From Gammaproteobacteria bacterium (GTDB taxonomy: Bacteria > Pseudomonadota > Gammaproteobacteria > Steroidobacterales > Steroidobacteraceae): DNA of 64,000 bases. Each line of letters opens with the position of its first letter. Within the stretch, counting starts at the first letter, position 1. Shown piece after piece: positions 1 through 10,736 of this stretch. The stretch lies in assembly GCA_025350055.1 (NCBI GenBank), contig JANXYK010000022.1, forward strand, positions 36,988 to 100,987, given 5' to 3'. The notes below the pieces were generated by a model. It was not told where the DNA came from and made no database searches. It saw only the letters and a list, made by a program, of their open reading frames with translations. Position numbers and translations under genes: made by a program.

Positions 1-1
1 G

Positions 2-1534
2 GGCGCGCGGCCCGAGCAGGGTCTGTACACCGCGATCGTCGCTGGCCTGATCACCGCGCTGTTCGGCGGAACACGGTTGCAGATTTCGGGACCCACCGGC
101 GCGTTCGTCGCGGTGCTGGCCGTGATCACGGCGCAGCACGGCGTGGCCGGCCTGCAGGTGGCGACGCTGATGGCGGGTGTGATCCTGCTGGTGTTCGGCC
201 TGGCGCGCTTTGGCGCGGTGATCAAGTACATCCCCGAGCCTGTGATCGTCGGCTTCACGGCGGGCATCGCGGTGATCATCTTCGTCGGCCAGTGGCAGGG
301 CTTCTTCGGGCTGCAGCCGGCGCACAGCGGGCCGCACTTCCTGGAGAAGTTCGTGGCGATCATCCGCAGCATTCCGACGCTGCATTTGGCCACTACCGGC
401 CTCGGGCTGTTCACGCTCGCGATCCTGCTGATCGGGCCGCGCGTGTTGAAGTCGGTGCCGGCGCCGCTGATCGCCATGCTTGCGGCCACGGGGCTGCAGG
501 CCTGCTTTCATTTTCCGGGCGTGGCCACGATCGGCAGTGCCTTCGGTGGCATTCCGCGCGCGCTGCCACCCTTTGCGTTGCCGAGCCTCGATCTCGGCCA
601 GATGCTCACGCTGGTCGGGCCGGCATTCACGATCGCGCTGCTGGGCGCCATCGAATCGCTGCTCTCGGCGGTGGTGGCCGATGGCATGGCCGGCACGCGC
701 CATGACTCGAACCAGGAACTGATCGGCCAGGGCATCGCCAACATCGTCGCGCCGCTGTTCGGCGGTTTCGCCGCGACCGGCGCGATTGCGCGCACGGCCA
801 CCAATATCCGCAACGGCGCCACCAGCCCCGTGGCGGGCGTGGTGCACAGCCTGTTCCTGGTGCTGGTGATCGTGCTGCTGGCGCCGCTGGCCGCGACAAT
901 TCCGCTGTGCGCGCTTTCGGCGATCCTGTTCGTGGTGGCCTGGAACATGAGCGAGCTGCCGCATTTCCTACGGCTGGCACGTGGCGCGCCGCGACCGGAT
1001 GTGGCGATCCTGCTGCTGACCTTCGGTCTCACGGTGTTCGTCGATCTGGTGGTGGCGGTGAACGTCGGCGTGATGCTGGCAGCGCTGTTGTTCGTGCGCC
1101 GCATGGCCGAGTCGGTCAATGTCGAGGTCGATGAGGGTGCTGCAGCCGGCTCCACCGCGTCAGCAAGCACCGCGGCCACGGCGCCCGAGGAGCGCAGCGA
1201 TGTACTGGTCTACCTGATCGATGGCCCGTTCTTTTTCGGCGCGGCGGAGAAACTCGAAGGTACGCTGGCGCATATCCAGCGGCGCGCGCGGGTGCTGATC
1301 CTGCGCATGGGGCGTGTGCCCTTCGTCGATGCCACCGGCATCTTCGCGCTCGAGGAGATGGTGCACAGCTTTCAGCGCCACGGCGTCACGGTATTGTTGT
1401 GCGAGCTGCGCGCCAACGTGCGGCTCAAGCTCGAGCGGGCCGAAGTGATCAGCAGCGGCGTACAGGTGTACGACACGCTGGAGCAGGCCAGGGCGGCGGC
1501 CGCGGCGTTGCCGCAGGCGCCGCGACACCGCTAG
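2..1534 (+). CDS. SulP-family anion permease with C-terminal STAS domain (5' end outside the window)
   Basis: The frame of ORF 77..1534 stays open to the window edge. It has the SulP signature ..[14 protein letters not shown].., many TM segments and a STAS-like C-terminus ([16 protein letters not shown]). Confidence 0.85.
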   Translation, partial: GARPEQGLYTAIVAGLITALFGGTRLQISGPTGAFVAVLAVITAQHGVAGLQVATLMAGVILLVFGLARFGAVIKYIPEPVIVGFTAGIAVIIFVGQWQGFFGLQPAHSGPHFLEKFVAIIRSIPTLHLATTGLGLFTLAILLIGPRVLKSVPAPLIAMLAATGLQACFHFPGVATIGSAFGGIPRALPPFALPSLDLGQMLTLVGPAFTIALLGAIESLLSAVVADGMAGTRHDSNQELIGQGIANIVAPLFGGFAATGAIARTATNIRNGATSPVAGVVHSLFLVLVIVLLAPLAATIPLCALSAILFVVAWNMSELPHFLRLARGAPRPDVAILLLTFGLTVFVDLVVAVNVGVMLAALLFVRRMAESVNVEVDEGAAAGSTASASTAATAPEERSDVLVYLIDGPFFFGAAEKLEGTLAHIQRRARVLILRMGRVPFVDATGIFALEEMVHSFQRHGVTVLLCELRANVRLKLERAEVISSGVQVYDTLEQARAAAAALPQAPRHR

Positions 1535-2892
1535 CGCATTGTCACCAGTTCTTCCGCTGAACTCGGGTGGATCGCCACGGTGTCGTCGAAGTCGCGCTTG
1601 CGTGCACCCATGCGCACCGCGACGGCAAAGCCCTGCATCATCTCGTCCGCGCCCGCGCCGATCACATGGATGCCGACCACGCGCTCATCGCTCCCGGTGG
1701 TGATCAGTTTCATCGCAGTGCGCGGCTTGCGCGTAGTCATCGAGTGATACATCGGCACGAAACCCGTGCTGTACACCTTTAAATCCGCACCGTATCGTTC
1801 GCGTGCCTCGGTCTCGGTCAGGCCCACGGTGCCGATCGGCGGATGCGAGAACACCACGGTGGGAATGTTCTCGTAGTCGAGCAGGCGTTCCTTCATGCCG
1901 CCGAACAGGCGGTCGCTGAGCCGCCGGCCCGCGGCGATCGCGACCGGCGTGAGTTGCGCGCGGCCCGTGACATCGCCGATCGCGTAGATGCCGGTGACGT
2001 TGGTCTCCTGGTATTTGTCGGTGCGGATGTGGCCGTCGGCATCGCGCAGGATGCGCAGCGCATCGCAACCGAGCTGCGCGCTGTTGGCTCTGCGGCCCAC
2101 AGCCCAGATCACGGCATCGAAGGGGCCGAGCTTGCGGCCACCGGCCGTGGTAATTTCCAGCGGACCACTGCCCTGGCCCGCGGCCAGGCCCTGGCGCTGG
2201 ATGGATGCTGGTACGGCATTGATGGCGATCTCCACGCCTTCGTCACGGAGCGTGGTCATCAGGTTCTCGCCCAGCATTGGCTCGAAGCTGCGCAGCAGCC
2301 GGTCATGGCGCAACACCATCGTGGTGTGTGAGCCCAGCGCCGAGAAGATGCCCGCGAGCTCGACCGCGATATAGCCGCCACCGATGATGGCGACGCCCGC
2401 CGGCGGCGAGTTCAATTCGAAGAAGCCGTCGGAGCTGATGCCGAGTGCGGCACCCGGGATATCCGGAATGGTCGGCTGGCCGCCAGTCGCGATCACGATG
2501 TGCGTGGCGGTGTAGTTGCGCCCCTCGACCTGCACGGTCTGCGCGGCTACGAGCTTGCCGCGAGCGCGCAGCAGTTTGACGCCGCGCTTCTCGAGGTTGG
2601 CGGCGTAGATGTCATTGAGCCGCGCCACATAGGCATCGCGCTTGCGCTTGATCAGCGACCAGTCGTGGCGCGCCAGCGAGACATCGAAACCGTAGTCGGG
2701 CGCATCGTGCAATGCGGCAGCAACCTGCGCGGTATTCCACATAATCTTCTTCGGCACGCAGCCGACATTCACGCAGGTGCCGCCGAGCCGGGCCGATTCC
2801 ACCAGCAAGGTGCGCGCGCCGTATTCCGCCGCGCGTTGCGCGCAGGCCAGGCCACCGCTCCCTCCGCCGATGACGATCAGATCGTAGTCCAT
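1531..2892 (-). CDS. gor: glutathione-disulfide reductase
   Basis: [14 protein letters not shown] dinucleotide fold and redox-active [13 protein letters not shown] motif. Start trimmed to ATG 2892 (alternative 2907); the track ORF is over-extended to 3090. Confidence 0.9.
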   Translation of the reverse strand: MDYDLIVIGGGSGGLACAQRAAEYGARTLLVESARLGGTCVNVGCVPKKIMWNTAQVAAALHDAPDYGFDVSLARHDWSLIKRKRDAYVARLNDIYAANLEKRGVKLLRARGKLVAAQTVQVEGRNYTATHIVIATGGQPTIPDIPGAALGISSDGFFELNSPPAGVAIIGGGYIAVELAGIFSALGSHTTMVLRHDRLLRSFEPMLGENLMTTLRDEGVEIAINAVPASIQRQGLAAGQGSGPLEITTAGGRKLGPFDAVIWAVGRRANSAQLGCDALRILRDADGHIRTDKYQETNVTGIYAIGDVTGRAQLTPVAIAAGRRLSDRLFGGMKERLLDYENIPTVVFSHPPIGTVGLTETEARERYGADLKVYSTGFVPMYHSMTTRKPRTAMKLITTGSDERVVGIHVIGAGADEMMQGFAVAVRMGARKRDFDDTVAIHPSSAEELVTMR

Positions 2893-2935
2893 GTCACGGG
2901 TTCCCATCTTGTGCCGCCTCTGGCAGTCTACCGTT

Positions 2936-4975
2936 ATGCCAACCAATAATCCGCTGCTGGGCGATTCAGCGCTGCCGCGCTTCGATGCCATTCTCCCTGA
3001 ACACGTGGAACCGGCGATCCGCGCCACGCTGGCGGAGCAGCGCGTCCGCGTGGCCGGGATCGCCGCACTGCCGGAACCCACTTTTGCCACCGTAGTGCTG
3101 CCGCTCGAGCAGATGCGTCATCGCCTGGCGCGCATCTGGTCGCCGGTCGGGCACCTCAACGGTGTGCTCAACTCCGAGGCGCTGCGCGCCGCCTACAACA
3201 GCTGCCTGCCGCTGCTGTCGGAATATTCCACTGATCTGGCGCAGAGCGAGCCGCTTTTCAAGGCTTATCTGGCGATCCGCGAGCGCGAATGGGCATCACT
3301 TGATAACGAACAGCGCGCCGTGCTGGAGCGCGCGCTGCGCGATTTCCGCCTGGCCGGCGTGGCCCTGGATCCGGCGCGCAAGGCGCGCTTCAAGGAAGTG
3401 ATGATCGAGCTGGCGAGGCTCCAGGCCAAGTTCGAGGAAAACGTACTTGATGCCACCAACGCCTTCTCGCACCGGGTCACCGAGGCGAGCGAGCTCGCGG
3501 GCGTCAACCAGGGCCTGATCGAGCGGGCGGCGCGCCGCGCCAGCGAGCAGGGGCTCAGCGGCTGGATCTTCGGGCTCGACCAGCCCACCTATGTGGCAAT
3601 CGTCACCGACGCGCACCATGCACCACTGCGGCGCATCTTCTACGAAGCCTGGACCACGCGCGCCTCGGATCGCGGGCCGAGCGCCGGCATGTTCGACAAC
3701 GGCACGCTGATCGAACAGATCGTGCAGTTGCGCCACGAGGCCGCGCGGCTGCTTGATTTTAATTCCTTCGCCGAGTACGCGCTGGCCGATCGCATGGCGC
3801 ATACCGTGCCGGAAGTCACGGACTTCCTGCGTCAGCTCGCGGCCGCGGCGCGCTCGCATGCCAGCGCGGAGCTGGCCGAGCTCGAGACCTTTGCCGGCCG
3901 CAAGCTCGATGCCTGGGATCTCACCTACTATTCCGAGCGCCTGCAGCACAGCCGCTTCCAGATCTCGCAGGAAGAGCTGCGCGAATTCCTGCCACTGCCG
4001 CGAGTGCTCGCGGGCCTGTTCGAAGTGGCCGAGAAACTCTACGGCGTCACGATCAGCGAACGCGACGGTGTGCCGCTGTGGCATCCGGACGTGCGCTACT
4101 ACGAAGTGCGCTCAGGGAGAGGCGAGCCGCTCGCGAGTTTTTACCTCGATGCCTACGCGCGTTCGCACAAGCGCAGTGGCGCCTGGATGGACGACTGCGT
4201 CGGGCGCAAGCAGCTGCAGGGTGCGCTCACGCTGCCGGTCGCGTATCTCGTATGCAATTCGCTGCCGCCGCAGGATGGCCGGCCAGCGCTGCTCACGCAC
4301 GATGATGTGGTCACGCTGTTCCATGAGTTCGGGCACGGCCTGCATCACATGCTTACGCGCATCGCCTACCCCAGCATCGCCGGCATCAACGGCGTGGCCT
4401 GGGATGCGGTCGAGCTGCCCAGCCAGTTCATGGAGAACTACGCCTGGCTGCCGCAAGTGCTCGAGCGCATCAGCGCCGAAGTGCGCAGCGGACAGCCGCT
4501 GCCCGCCTCCAAGCAGCAGCAGCTGATCGCGACGCGTAGCTACCAGGCGGGCCTGGCCACTTTGCGCCAGGTGGAGTTCGCGCTCTTCGACATGCGCCTG
4601 CACGCCGAGTACGACCCGGCGCGCGGCGCGCGCGCCTATGAGCTGCTGGCCGAAGTGCGCGGCGAAGTGAGCGTGGTGCCGGTGCCGGAATGGAACCGCT
4701 TCCCGCATAATTTCACGCACATCTTCGCCGGTGGTTACGCGGCCGGTTACTACAGCTACAAGTGGGCCGAGGTGCTGGCGGCCGATGCCTTCGCGGCCTT
4801 CGGTGCGCGCAATGCCTTCGATCGCGCGACCGCCGGGCGCTTCCTGGATAGCATCCTGGCGCGCGGCGGCAGCCGCGATCTGCTCGATGCCTTCGTGGAA
4901 TTCCGCGGCCGCAAGCCCGATATCGCGCCGCTCCTGCAGATGCATGGCATCGACACCGCCAGGACTGCGGCCTGA
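2936..4975 (+). CDS. prlC: oligopeptidase A (M3 zinc metallopeptidase)
   Basis: HEFGHGLHH zinc motif and about 680 aa M3 architecture. Start set at ATG 2936 (MPTNNPLL), divergent from gor. Confidence 0.9.
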   Translation: MPTNNPLLGDSALPRFDAILPEHVEPAIRATLAEQRVRVAGIAALPEPTFATVVLPLEQMRHRLARIWSPVGHLNGVLNSEALRAAYNSCLPLLSEYSTDLAQSEPLFKAYLAIREREWASLDNEQRAVLERALRDFRLAGVALDPARKARFKEVMIELARLQAKFEENVLDATNAFSHRVTEASELAGVNQGLIERAARRASEQGLSGWIFGLDQPTYVAIVTDAHHAPLRRIFYEAWTTRASDRGPSAGMFDNGTLIEQIVQLRHEAARLLDFNSFAEYALADRMAHTVPEVTDFLRQLAAAARSHASAELAELETFAGRKLDAWDLTYYSERLQHSRFQISQEELREFLPLPRVLAGLFEVAEKLYGVTISERDGVPLWHPDVRYYEVRSGRGEPLASFYLDAYARSHKRSGAWMDDCVGRKQLQGALTLPVAYLVCNSLPPQDGRPALLTHDDVVTLFHEFGHGLHHMLTRIAYPSIAGINGVAWDAVELPSQFMENYAWLPQVLERISAEVRSGQPLPASKQQQLIATRSYQAGLATLRQVEFALFDMRLHAEYDPARGARAYELLAEVRGEVSVVPVPEWNRFPHNFTHIFAGGYAAGYYSYKWAEVLAADAFAAFGARNAFDRATAGRFLDSILARGGSRDLLDAFVEFRGRKPDIAPLLQMHGIDTARTAA

Positions 4976-4978
4976 GGC

Positions 4979-5749
4979 ATGACCCGCATCGCCACCTGGA
5001 ACGTGAACTCGCTGCGGGTGCGACTGCCGCAGGTGCTCGAGTGGCTGGCGCTGTACGTGCCCGATGTGCTGGCGCTGCAGGAAACCAAGGTCACGGACGA
5101 CCTGTTCCCGGCTGCGCAGCTGCAGGCAGTGGGCTATCACAGCGCCTTCAACGGCCAGAAGACCTACAACGGTGTGGCGCTGCTCACACGCGCGGAACCG
5201 CAGGCGGTACAGAAGGACATGCCCGGCAACGACGATCCGCAGCGGCGCGTGCTGGCGGCCACCTGCGGTGCATTGCGGGTGATCAACCTCTACGTGCCCA
5301 ACGGGCAGAGCCCGGAGTCCGATAAATTCCAGTACAAGCTCGGCTGGCTGCGCGCACTGCGCGCCTGGCTGCGCAGCGAGCTTGCCGCGCATCCGAACCT
5401 GGTGGTACTGGGCGATTTCAACATCGCACCGGAAGATCGCGACGTGCACGATCCCGCGGCCTGGATCGGCTCGGTGCATGTGAGCCCGCAGGAGCGCGAG
5501 GCCTTCCAGGACACGCTCAAGCTGGGCCTGGTCGATGTGTTCCGGCGCTTCGAGCAGCCGCCGCAATCCTTCAGCTGGTGGGATTACCGCACCGGCGCTT
5601 TCCGCCGCAATCACGGCCTGCGCATCGATCTGCTGCTGGCCTCCACGGGCCTGGCCGAGCGCTGCCGCAGCTGCACCATCGACCGCGAAGCCAGGCTTGC
5701 CGAACGCGCTTCCGATCACGCACCGGTGGTGGGCGAATTTGACATTTGA
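4979..5749 (+). CDS. xthA: exodeoxyribonuclease III
   Basis: [15 protein letters not shown]...LQETK...GDFNIAP...SDHAPV: classic ExoIII/AP endonuclease motifs. Confidence 0.9.
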   Translation: MTRIATWNVNSLRVRLPQVLEWLALYVPDVLALQETKVTDDLFPAAQLQAVGYHSAFNGQKTYNGVALLTRAEPQAVQKDMPGNDDPQRRVLAATCGALRVINLYVPNGQSPESDKFQYKLGWLRALRAWLRSELAAHPNLVVLGDFNIAPEDRDVHDPAAWIGSVHVSPQEREAFQDTLKLGLVDVFRRFEQPPQSFSWWDYRTGAFRRNHGLRIDLLLASTGLAERCRSCTIDREARLAERASDHAPVVGEFDI

Positions 5750-5871
5750 TGGCAGCGGCAAGGCCGCCAAAGCGACCTTGAGAGCGACCACCAGGCAGGC
5801 CCCCGCTGCGGCCCGAACTGTGCGGCAGGTCGCTGGTACCGCGCCGGGCGCTGGCCTAGACTGACCCTTCC

Positions 5872-6924
5872 ATGGTTATTGCGGCAGATGATCGGGCTTC
5901 GCGGCCGCCTTCCCCGGTGGGCCTGGGCGGCGTTCGCCGCAGCGATTTCGACATCACCAATACGGTACGCGTCAGCTCGCACACGGCGGTGTTGCAGGCC
6001 GTCGAGCAGCTGTTCGCGCTCGCCTGGCCGGGCGCCTCGACCGCCGTGGTACGCCGCGCTTTTGCCCAATTCGATGACATGTTCTCGGGCCGTGTGCCCG
6101 GCTACGCCGGCGTCGATACGCTGTATCACGATCGTCAGCACACGCTCGATGTGACCCTCACCATGGCGCGCCTGTGCGCCGGCTACGAACAGCAAGTCGA
6201 ACCTCTGTGGAAACTGGGAGCGGAGAGGGGCTTGGTGGGAGTGGTGTTCGCACTGTTCCACGATGTGGGTTACCTGCGCCGCAGCGCCGACACCGCGCAG
6301 CGCAACGGCGCTGAATTCACGCGCACGCACATCAGTCGCGGCATCGAGTTCCTGCAGGAATTCCTGCCGGAATTGCAGCTCGGCCACTGGAACGGGATCG
6401 CCTCGCAAGTGCTGCATTTCACGGGCTACGAGAAGCCCTTCACCGACCTGGTGCTCGAGGATGCGCGCGACGTGCGCCTGGGCCACCTGCTCGGCACCGC
6501 TGACATGATCACGCAGATGGCCGATCGCTGTTACCTGGAAAAATGCCGCGACCGGCTGTATCCGGAATTCGTGCTGGGCGGCATGGCCCTGCCGCTGAGC
6601 AACGCCAGCGCACAGCAGGTGCGCTACGCCTCGGGCCTCGACCTGCTGCGCCAGACACCGCAATTCGTCGAGGAAACCAGGGCCAAGCGGCTCGATGGCG
6701 AATTCAACCGCGCCTACCGTTACCTCGAAATCCTGTTCGATGGCAGCAACCCGTACATCGAATCGATCGAGCGCAACATGGTCTATCTCGACCAGGTGCT
6801 GCGCAGCGAGAGCTGGCGGATGCTGCGGCGTAACCCGCCGCTTTACGCCGCCGACCCGAACGCACTGGCCGATGTGCGCGGGCTGATGCTGGGCTATTTC
6901 AAGCGGGCCTGGCTGCGCGACTAG
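5872..6924 (+). CDS. HD-domain protein of unknown function
   Basis: YHDRQHTLDV and ALFHDVGY resemble H..HD metal-binding motifs of HD phosphohydrolases. No further family assignment is possible by eye. Confidence 0.55.
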   Translation: MVIAADDRASRPPSPVGLGGVRRSDFDITNTVRVSSHTAVLQAVEQLFALAWPGASTAVVRRAFAQFDDMFSGRVPGYAGVDTLYHDRQHTLDVTLTMARLCAGYEQQVEPLWKLGAERGLVGVVFALFHDVGYLRRSADTAQRNGAEFTRTHISRGIEFLQEFLPELQLGHWNGIASQVLHFTGYEKPFTDLVLEDARDVRLGHLLGTADMITQMADRCYLEKCRDRLYPEFVLGGMALPLSNASAQQVRYASGLDLLRQTPQFVEETRAKRLDGEFNRAYRYLEILFDGSNPYIESIERNMVYLDQVLRSESWRMLRRNPPLYAADPNALADVRGLMLGYFKRAWLRD

Positions 6925-7627
6925 GGTACGCCGCTACCGTCACCACGTATCGCTCGTACAGCTCCGGCAGCTGTTCCGCCACGATTTCCCCGCCTTGCAG
7001 CGGTGCCTGTGCGAGCGCTGAGCGCAACAGATCAGCGCTCATCGCCGCCAGCGCGGGGCCGGCCACCGGGGCAAAGCTCAAGTGCCAGGGCTCGGGCAGT
7101 ACGCCGCCGCGATCCTGGTCATAGGGCCTGAAAAAACCGTAGTCCGTGGCACGTTCGCCCAGCCAGTCGTTGAGCGCGGCATAGCGTCCGTCGGGGGCAA
7201 AATCCACGTCCAGCAGATCGATCGGACCCTGCGCCGGCGCCGTGCGGCGATCGACGAGGTCGCAGTCCGAACCCCAATGGTGGCGGCTGGCGCCGGGGAG
7301 CGCTGACCAGACCAGGATGGCCGCGACCCGCTCGGCCGGGCTCAAGGCGGCGCTGTCGAGCACGCTGTTGTCGCGGCCGCGCAGGATGCGCTCGCCCTTG
7401 TATTTGGCATTCCAGATCCACAGCTGCTGCTCGAAGCTGCGGAACGAGGAAATCGGCACGATCTCGATGCCATCGGCCAGCGCCGCCCGGCTCATGGTCT
7501 GCAGTGCCAAAAGGGCATCGCAATGCAGCGTACAGCGAGGCTGCTCGCACTGCTGTACGTGGCTGCTGGCGCGGCCGGTAAGCTCCAGTTCGCTTAAAAC
7601 AGCCGAATTGGCGTACGGGGATTGCAT
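6899..7627 (-). CDS. M15-family metallopeptidase (VanY/D-Ala-D-Ala carboxypeptidase-like), no signal peptide
   Basis: SRHHWGSDCDL (SxHxxGxAxD-like) and EPWH motifs. The 3' end overlaps the HD gene by 26 nt (convergent). Confidence 0.65.
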   Translation of the reverse strand: MQSPYANSAVLSELELTGRASSHVQQCEQPRCTLHCDALLALQTMSRAALADGIEIVPISSFRSFEQQLWIWNAKYKGERILRGRDNSVLDSAALSPAERVAAILVWSALPGASRHHWGSDCDLVDRRTAPAQGPIDLLDVDFAPDGRYAALNDWLGERATDYGFFRPYDQDRGGVLPEPWHLSFAPVAGPALAAMSADLLRSALAQAPLQGGEIVAEQLPELYERYVVTVAAYPSRAARPA

Positions 7628-7663
7628 CGTGCATCATTCTAAGCGGGCATTGGCTCGTATGGG

Positions 7664-9733
7664 GTGCGCGTGCAGGGTTCGAGGCTCATCAGCCGGTATC
7701 TGGCCGCTTTGGTCCTGTGCCTGGGGATCATTGGCGGCACGACCCTGCTCGCCCTGAAATCATCGCTCCCGACTTCGACCGTGGTGCTGCTAGGCCTCTC
7801 GGCGCTGAGCGCCGCGGTGCTCGCGGCCTGGTGGTTCTGGCGCCAGAACCAGCGGCTGCGCGACAGCGTCGAGCAGCTGATCGATGGCGCCGAGTACATC
7901 AGCCGCGGCGAGTTTTCCCATCCACTGCCGCCAGCGGCGCGGGATGGGCGCCTCGGCCTGCTGGAGAGCGCCTTCGAGCGCATGCGCCTCGCGCTCAACG
8001 ACACCACCTACCGGCGCGACTACCTGCACAGCGTGCTCAACAGCATGAGCGACAGCGTGTTCGTGGCGGCGCCCGATGGGACGATCCGTATCGTCAACGA
8101 TGCCGCGCAACAGCTCACGGGCCTGACAGCGGCAGAGCTCACCGGCATGAATGTCGCGGCGCTGCTGGCGACCGTGCCCGAAAGCGGCGCCGATCCGCTG
8201 CAGGCGGCACGCGAGGCCGGTGAAACGGTACTGCGCGCGCGCGCCGGGCAGACGATTCCGGTGTCGTTCGTGGTCTCGACCGTAGCCACCAGCGATGCGC
8301 AGTTCGCCGGCGACATCTACGTGGCGCGTGACATCACCGAGCGCAAGCGCGCCGAGCGGCGCATCCGCTATCTGGCGCGTTACGACGCGCTCACCAAGAT
8401 TCCCAACCGCATGCAGTTCCAGCACCTGCTGCAGCAGGCGATCGCGCGTGCGCGCCGCGTCGGCCAGGGCGTGGCGCTGCTGTACGTCGACATGGACCGC
8501 TTCAAGGAAGTGAATGACACCTTTGGCCATGCCTCGGGCGACCGCGTGCTGGAAGTGCTCACCGAGCGGCTCACGCGTGTGCTCAGCAGCGATGCGGTGC
8601 TCGGGCGCCTCGCGGGCGACGAGTTCGCGCTGTTCGTCGATGGCGTCAGCGCCGATGCCGAGGAGGCCGGCGAGCAGGTGGCGCAGCTGGCGCGCACGGT
8701 ACTCGACACGGTCGGCGCGGCTTTCCATGTGAACCAGCAGGAGGTGTTCCTGACGGTGAGCATTGGCGTGGCCTTCTGCCCGCGCGATGCCGACAACGTG
8801 ATCGACCTGATCCGCAATGCCGATGCGGCGATGTACTACTCCAAGCAGAACGGCGGCAACACCTTTGCGTTCTACTCGCAGGAGATGAATGCGGCGGCGG
8901 TCGAGCGGCTGATGCTCAGGAGCAAGCTGCGCCGTGCGGTCGAGCGCGACGAGTTCGTGGTGCGCTACATGCCCAAGGTCGACCTGCGCGACGGGCGCAT
9001 CATCGGTGCCGAGGCGCTGCTGCGCTGGCGGCTGCCGGGTCATGGCGACATTCCGCCGGCGCAGTTCATCCCGCTGGCCGAAGAGAACAACCTCATCAAC
9101 GTGATCGGCGAGTGGGTGCTCGAGCGCGTGTGCCTGGACCTGAACCTGCTGCGCCGAGATGTGCGCGATCCGGGCCGCATTGCGCTCAACCTGTCACTCA
9201 AGCAGTTGCGCCAGGCGAGCTTCATCCTCAACTGCCGCGCGGTGTTCGAGCGCCACAACGTGCCGCCGCAGAGTCTGGAGCTCGAGATCACCGAGACTAC
9301 ACTGATGGCTGAACCGCGCCGCACGGTGCAGATGCTCAACCAGCTGGCCGACATGGGCCTGCATCTGTCGATCGACGATTTCGGCACCGGCTATTCCTCG
9401 CTCTCGGCGCTGCAGCAGTTCCCGATCGGCACCCTGAAGATCGATCAATCCTTCGTGCGCGACCTGGCCGACGATCCGGCCGATGCCACGCTGGTGCGCA
9501 CCATCATCGACATGGGCCACGGCCTCGGGCTCAAAGTGGTGGCCGAAGGCGTCGAGTTGCAGAAGCACGTGCAGCCGCTGCGCCAGTGGGGTTGCGATCA
9601 TGCGCAGGGCCGCCTGTTCGGCGAGGCGCTCGGCATCCAGGAATTCCTGATGCTGCTGCAACAGCAGCAGAATGGCGCACCGGCCTTTGCCCAGTTGATC
9701 GGCGCCAGCGCCGAGCAAGCACTGCGCGCCTGA
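7664..9733 (+). CDS. membrane sensor with PAS, GGDEF (AGDEF variant) and EAL domains
   Basis: Two N-terminal TM segments and a PAS-like region. RLAGDEFALF replaces GGDEF. EAL motifs present: GAEALLRW, ELEITE, DDFGTGYSSL, KIDQSFV, EGVE. GTG start. Confidence 0.85.
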   Translation: MRVQGSRLISRYLAALVLCLGIIGGTTLLALKSSLPTSTVVLLGLSALSAAVLAAWWFWRQNQRLRDSVEQLIDGAEYISRGEFSHPLPPAARDGRLGLLESAFERMRLALNDTTYRRDYLHSVLNSMSDSVFVAAPDGTIRIVNDAAQQLTGLTAAELTGMNVAALLATVPESGADPLQAAREAGETVLRARAGQTIPVSFVVSTVATSDAQFAGDIYVARDITERKRAERRIRYLARYDALTKIPNRMQFQHLLQQAIARARRVGQGVALLYVDMDRFKEVNDTFGHASGDRVLEVLTERLTRVLSSDAVLGRLAGDEFALFVDGVSADAEEAGEQVAQLARTVLDTVGAAFHVNQQEVFLTVSIGVAFCPRDADNVIDLIRNADAAMYYSKQNGGNTFAFYSQEMNAAAVERLMLRSKLRRAVERDEFVVRYMPKVDLRDGRIIGAEALLRWRLPGHGDIPPAQFIPLAEENNLINVIGEWVLERVCLDLNLLRRDVRDPGRIALNLSLKQLRQASFILNCRAVFERHNVPPQSLELEITETTLMAEPRRTVQMLNQLADMGLHLSIDDFGTGYSSLSALQQFPIGTLKIDQSFVRDLADDPADATLVRTIIDMGHGLGLKVVAEGVELQKHVQPLRQWGCDHAQGRLFGEALGIQEFLMLLQQQQNGAPAFAQLIGASAEQALRA

Positions 9734-9740
9734 TTTTCAG

Positions 9741-10718
9741 ATGCGTTATCGCGAAAACCGGGAACAGACGGCCGAACTGTTGCGCATGGTGTTGCCGTTG
9801 ATGTCACGGCACACGGCGGGCTTTCATCCGGTGAGCTATGCGGTCTGGTACGAATTTGCATCCGGCACCAACCAGGCGTTGAAGATCGCAGTCGACGGGC
9901 TGCTCACCGGCGGGCACAAGCTCGACGACGATGAAATCCAGGAACTGTTCGATCGGCACGTGGCGACGCGCGACATCGAATCCTCGATACGCCTGCGAGC
10001 GCGCATCCAGAAGGTGGTCGAGGAAGTCACCGAGGCCACGAACCAGGCGAGCGATGAAGTCGGCCGCTACAACGACGGGCTCGAGGTGTACCAGGACCGG
10101 TTGCAGCACGAGGACAATCGCGAGGTGATCGCCGAGCTGGTGCACGACCTGATGGGCGATACCACCAAGGTGCTGGGCAGCACCGCCGGCCTGAAGCAGA
10201 ACCTGGAGCACAGTGCCCAGGAAGCGCAGCGCTTGCGCGGCGAACTCGAGGCGGCGGTCGGTCAGGCGCAGCTTGATCCGCTCACCGGACTATTGAACCG
10301 GCGCGGCTTCGAGCAGCAGGTGGCGAGCGTGTATCCGCGCGGGTTGCCCGCGGGCGCGATGCTCGGCATCGAGATCGATCGCTTCAGCGGCATCGTCGAC
10401 AGTTACGGCAACGTGATGGGGGATCGGGTGCTGGCGACCGTGGCCGGACAGCTGCTGAGCTCGGCGCCCGGCGATGGTGCGCTGCCGGTGCGCGAGCGTT
10501 CGAATATGTTCCTGCTCTGGCTGCCGGGTGCCACCGCAGCCAGTGCTGAGGTCATTGTCGAGCGCATCCGGCGCGGCGTCGAGAATTGCCGCATCCGCCG
10601 CAATGATGCGGAATCCAGCGTCGAGGCGGTGAGCGTAAGCATCGGCTCCGCGAGCGTGGCCGAGGGTGAAACACTGGCGGCGGCACTGGCGCGTGCCGTT
10701 GAGGCTATACACGTCTAG
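9741..10718 (+). CDS. degenerate GGDEF-domain protein (active-site motif replaced)
   Basis: LTGLLNRRGF and GDRVLATVA GGDEF-domain landmarks are present. The GG(D/E)EF position reads RSNMF and the C-terminus ends early (..AIHV). Confidence 0.7.
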   Translation: MRYRENREQTAELLRMVLPLMSRHTAGFHPVSYAVWYEFASGTNQALKIAVDGLLTGGHKLDDDEIQELFDRHVATRDIESSIRLRARIQKVVEEVTEATNQASDEVGRYNDGLEVYQDRLQHEDNREVIAELVHDLMGDTTKVLGSTAGLKQNLEHSAQEAQRLRGELEAAVGQAQLDPLTGLLNRRGFEQQVASVYPRGLPAGAMLGIEIDRFSGIVDSYGNVMGDRVLATVAGQLLSSAPGDGALPVRERSNMFLLWLPGATAASAEVIVERIRRGVENCRIRRNDAESSVEAVSVSIGSASVAEGETLAAALARAVEAIHV

Positions 10719-10736
10719 TCGGCGCCTAGTCGGCGC
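10715..10736. repeat. perfect 11-bp tandem duplication CTAGTCGGCGC x2 at a convergent gene junction
   Basis: Copies at 10715-10725 and 10726-10736. The first copy supplies TAG for the + strand gene; the second supplies CTA (TAG on the - strand) for the photolyase. Confidence 0.9.

Noticed and set aside
4112-5791. 559-aa minus-strand ORF, and similar long ORFs at 18669-20504, 23819-25189, 31007-32932, 40463-42079, 42483-44018, 45177-46364, 55295-56692 and 57000-58367
   Set aside because: Each lies antisense to a gene with clear family motifs (prlC/xthA, fdsA, VIT-vWA, CocE, trpE, trpD/C, trpB, korA, korB). Their translations are Arg/Ala/Gly/His-rich low-information sequence. These are typical high-GC shadow ORFs.
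5716-6663. 315-aa minus-strand ORF opposite the HD-domain gene
   Set aside because: Its sequence is His/Arg/Ala/Gln-rich with no motifs. The plus-strand frame carries HD-type motifs and better codon bias.
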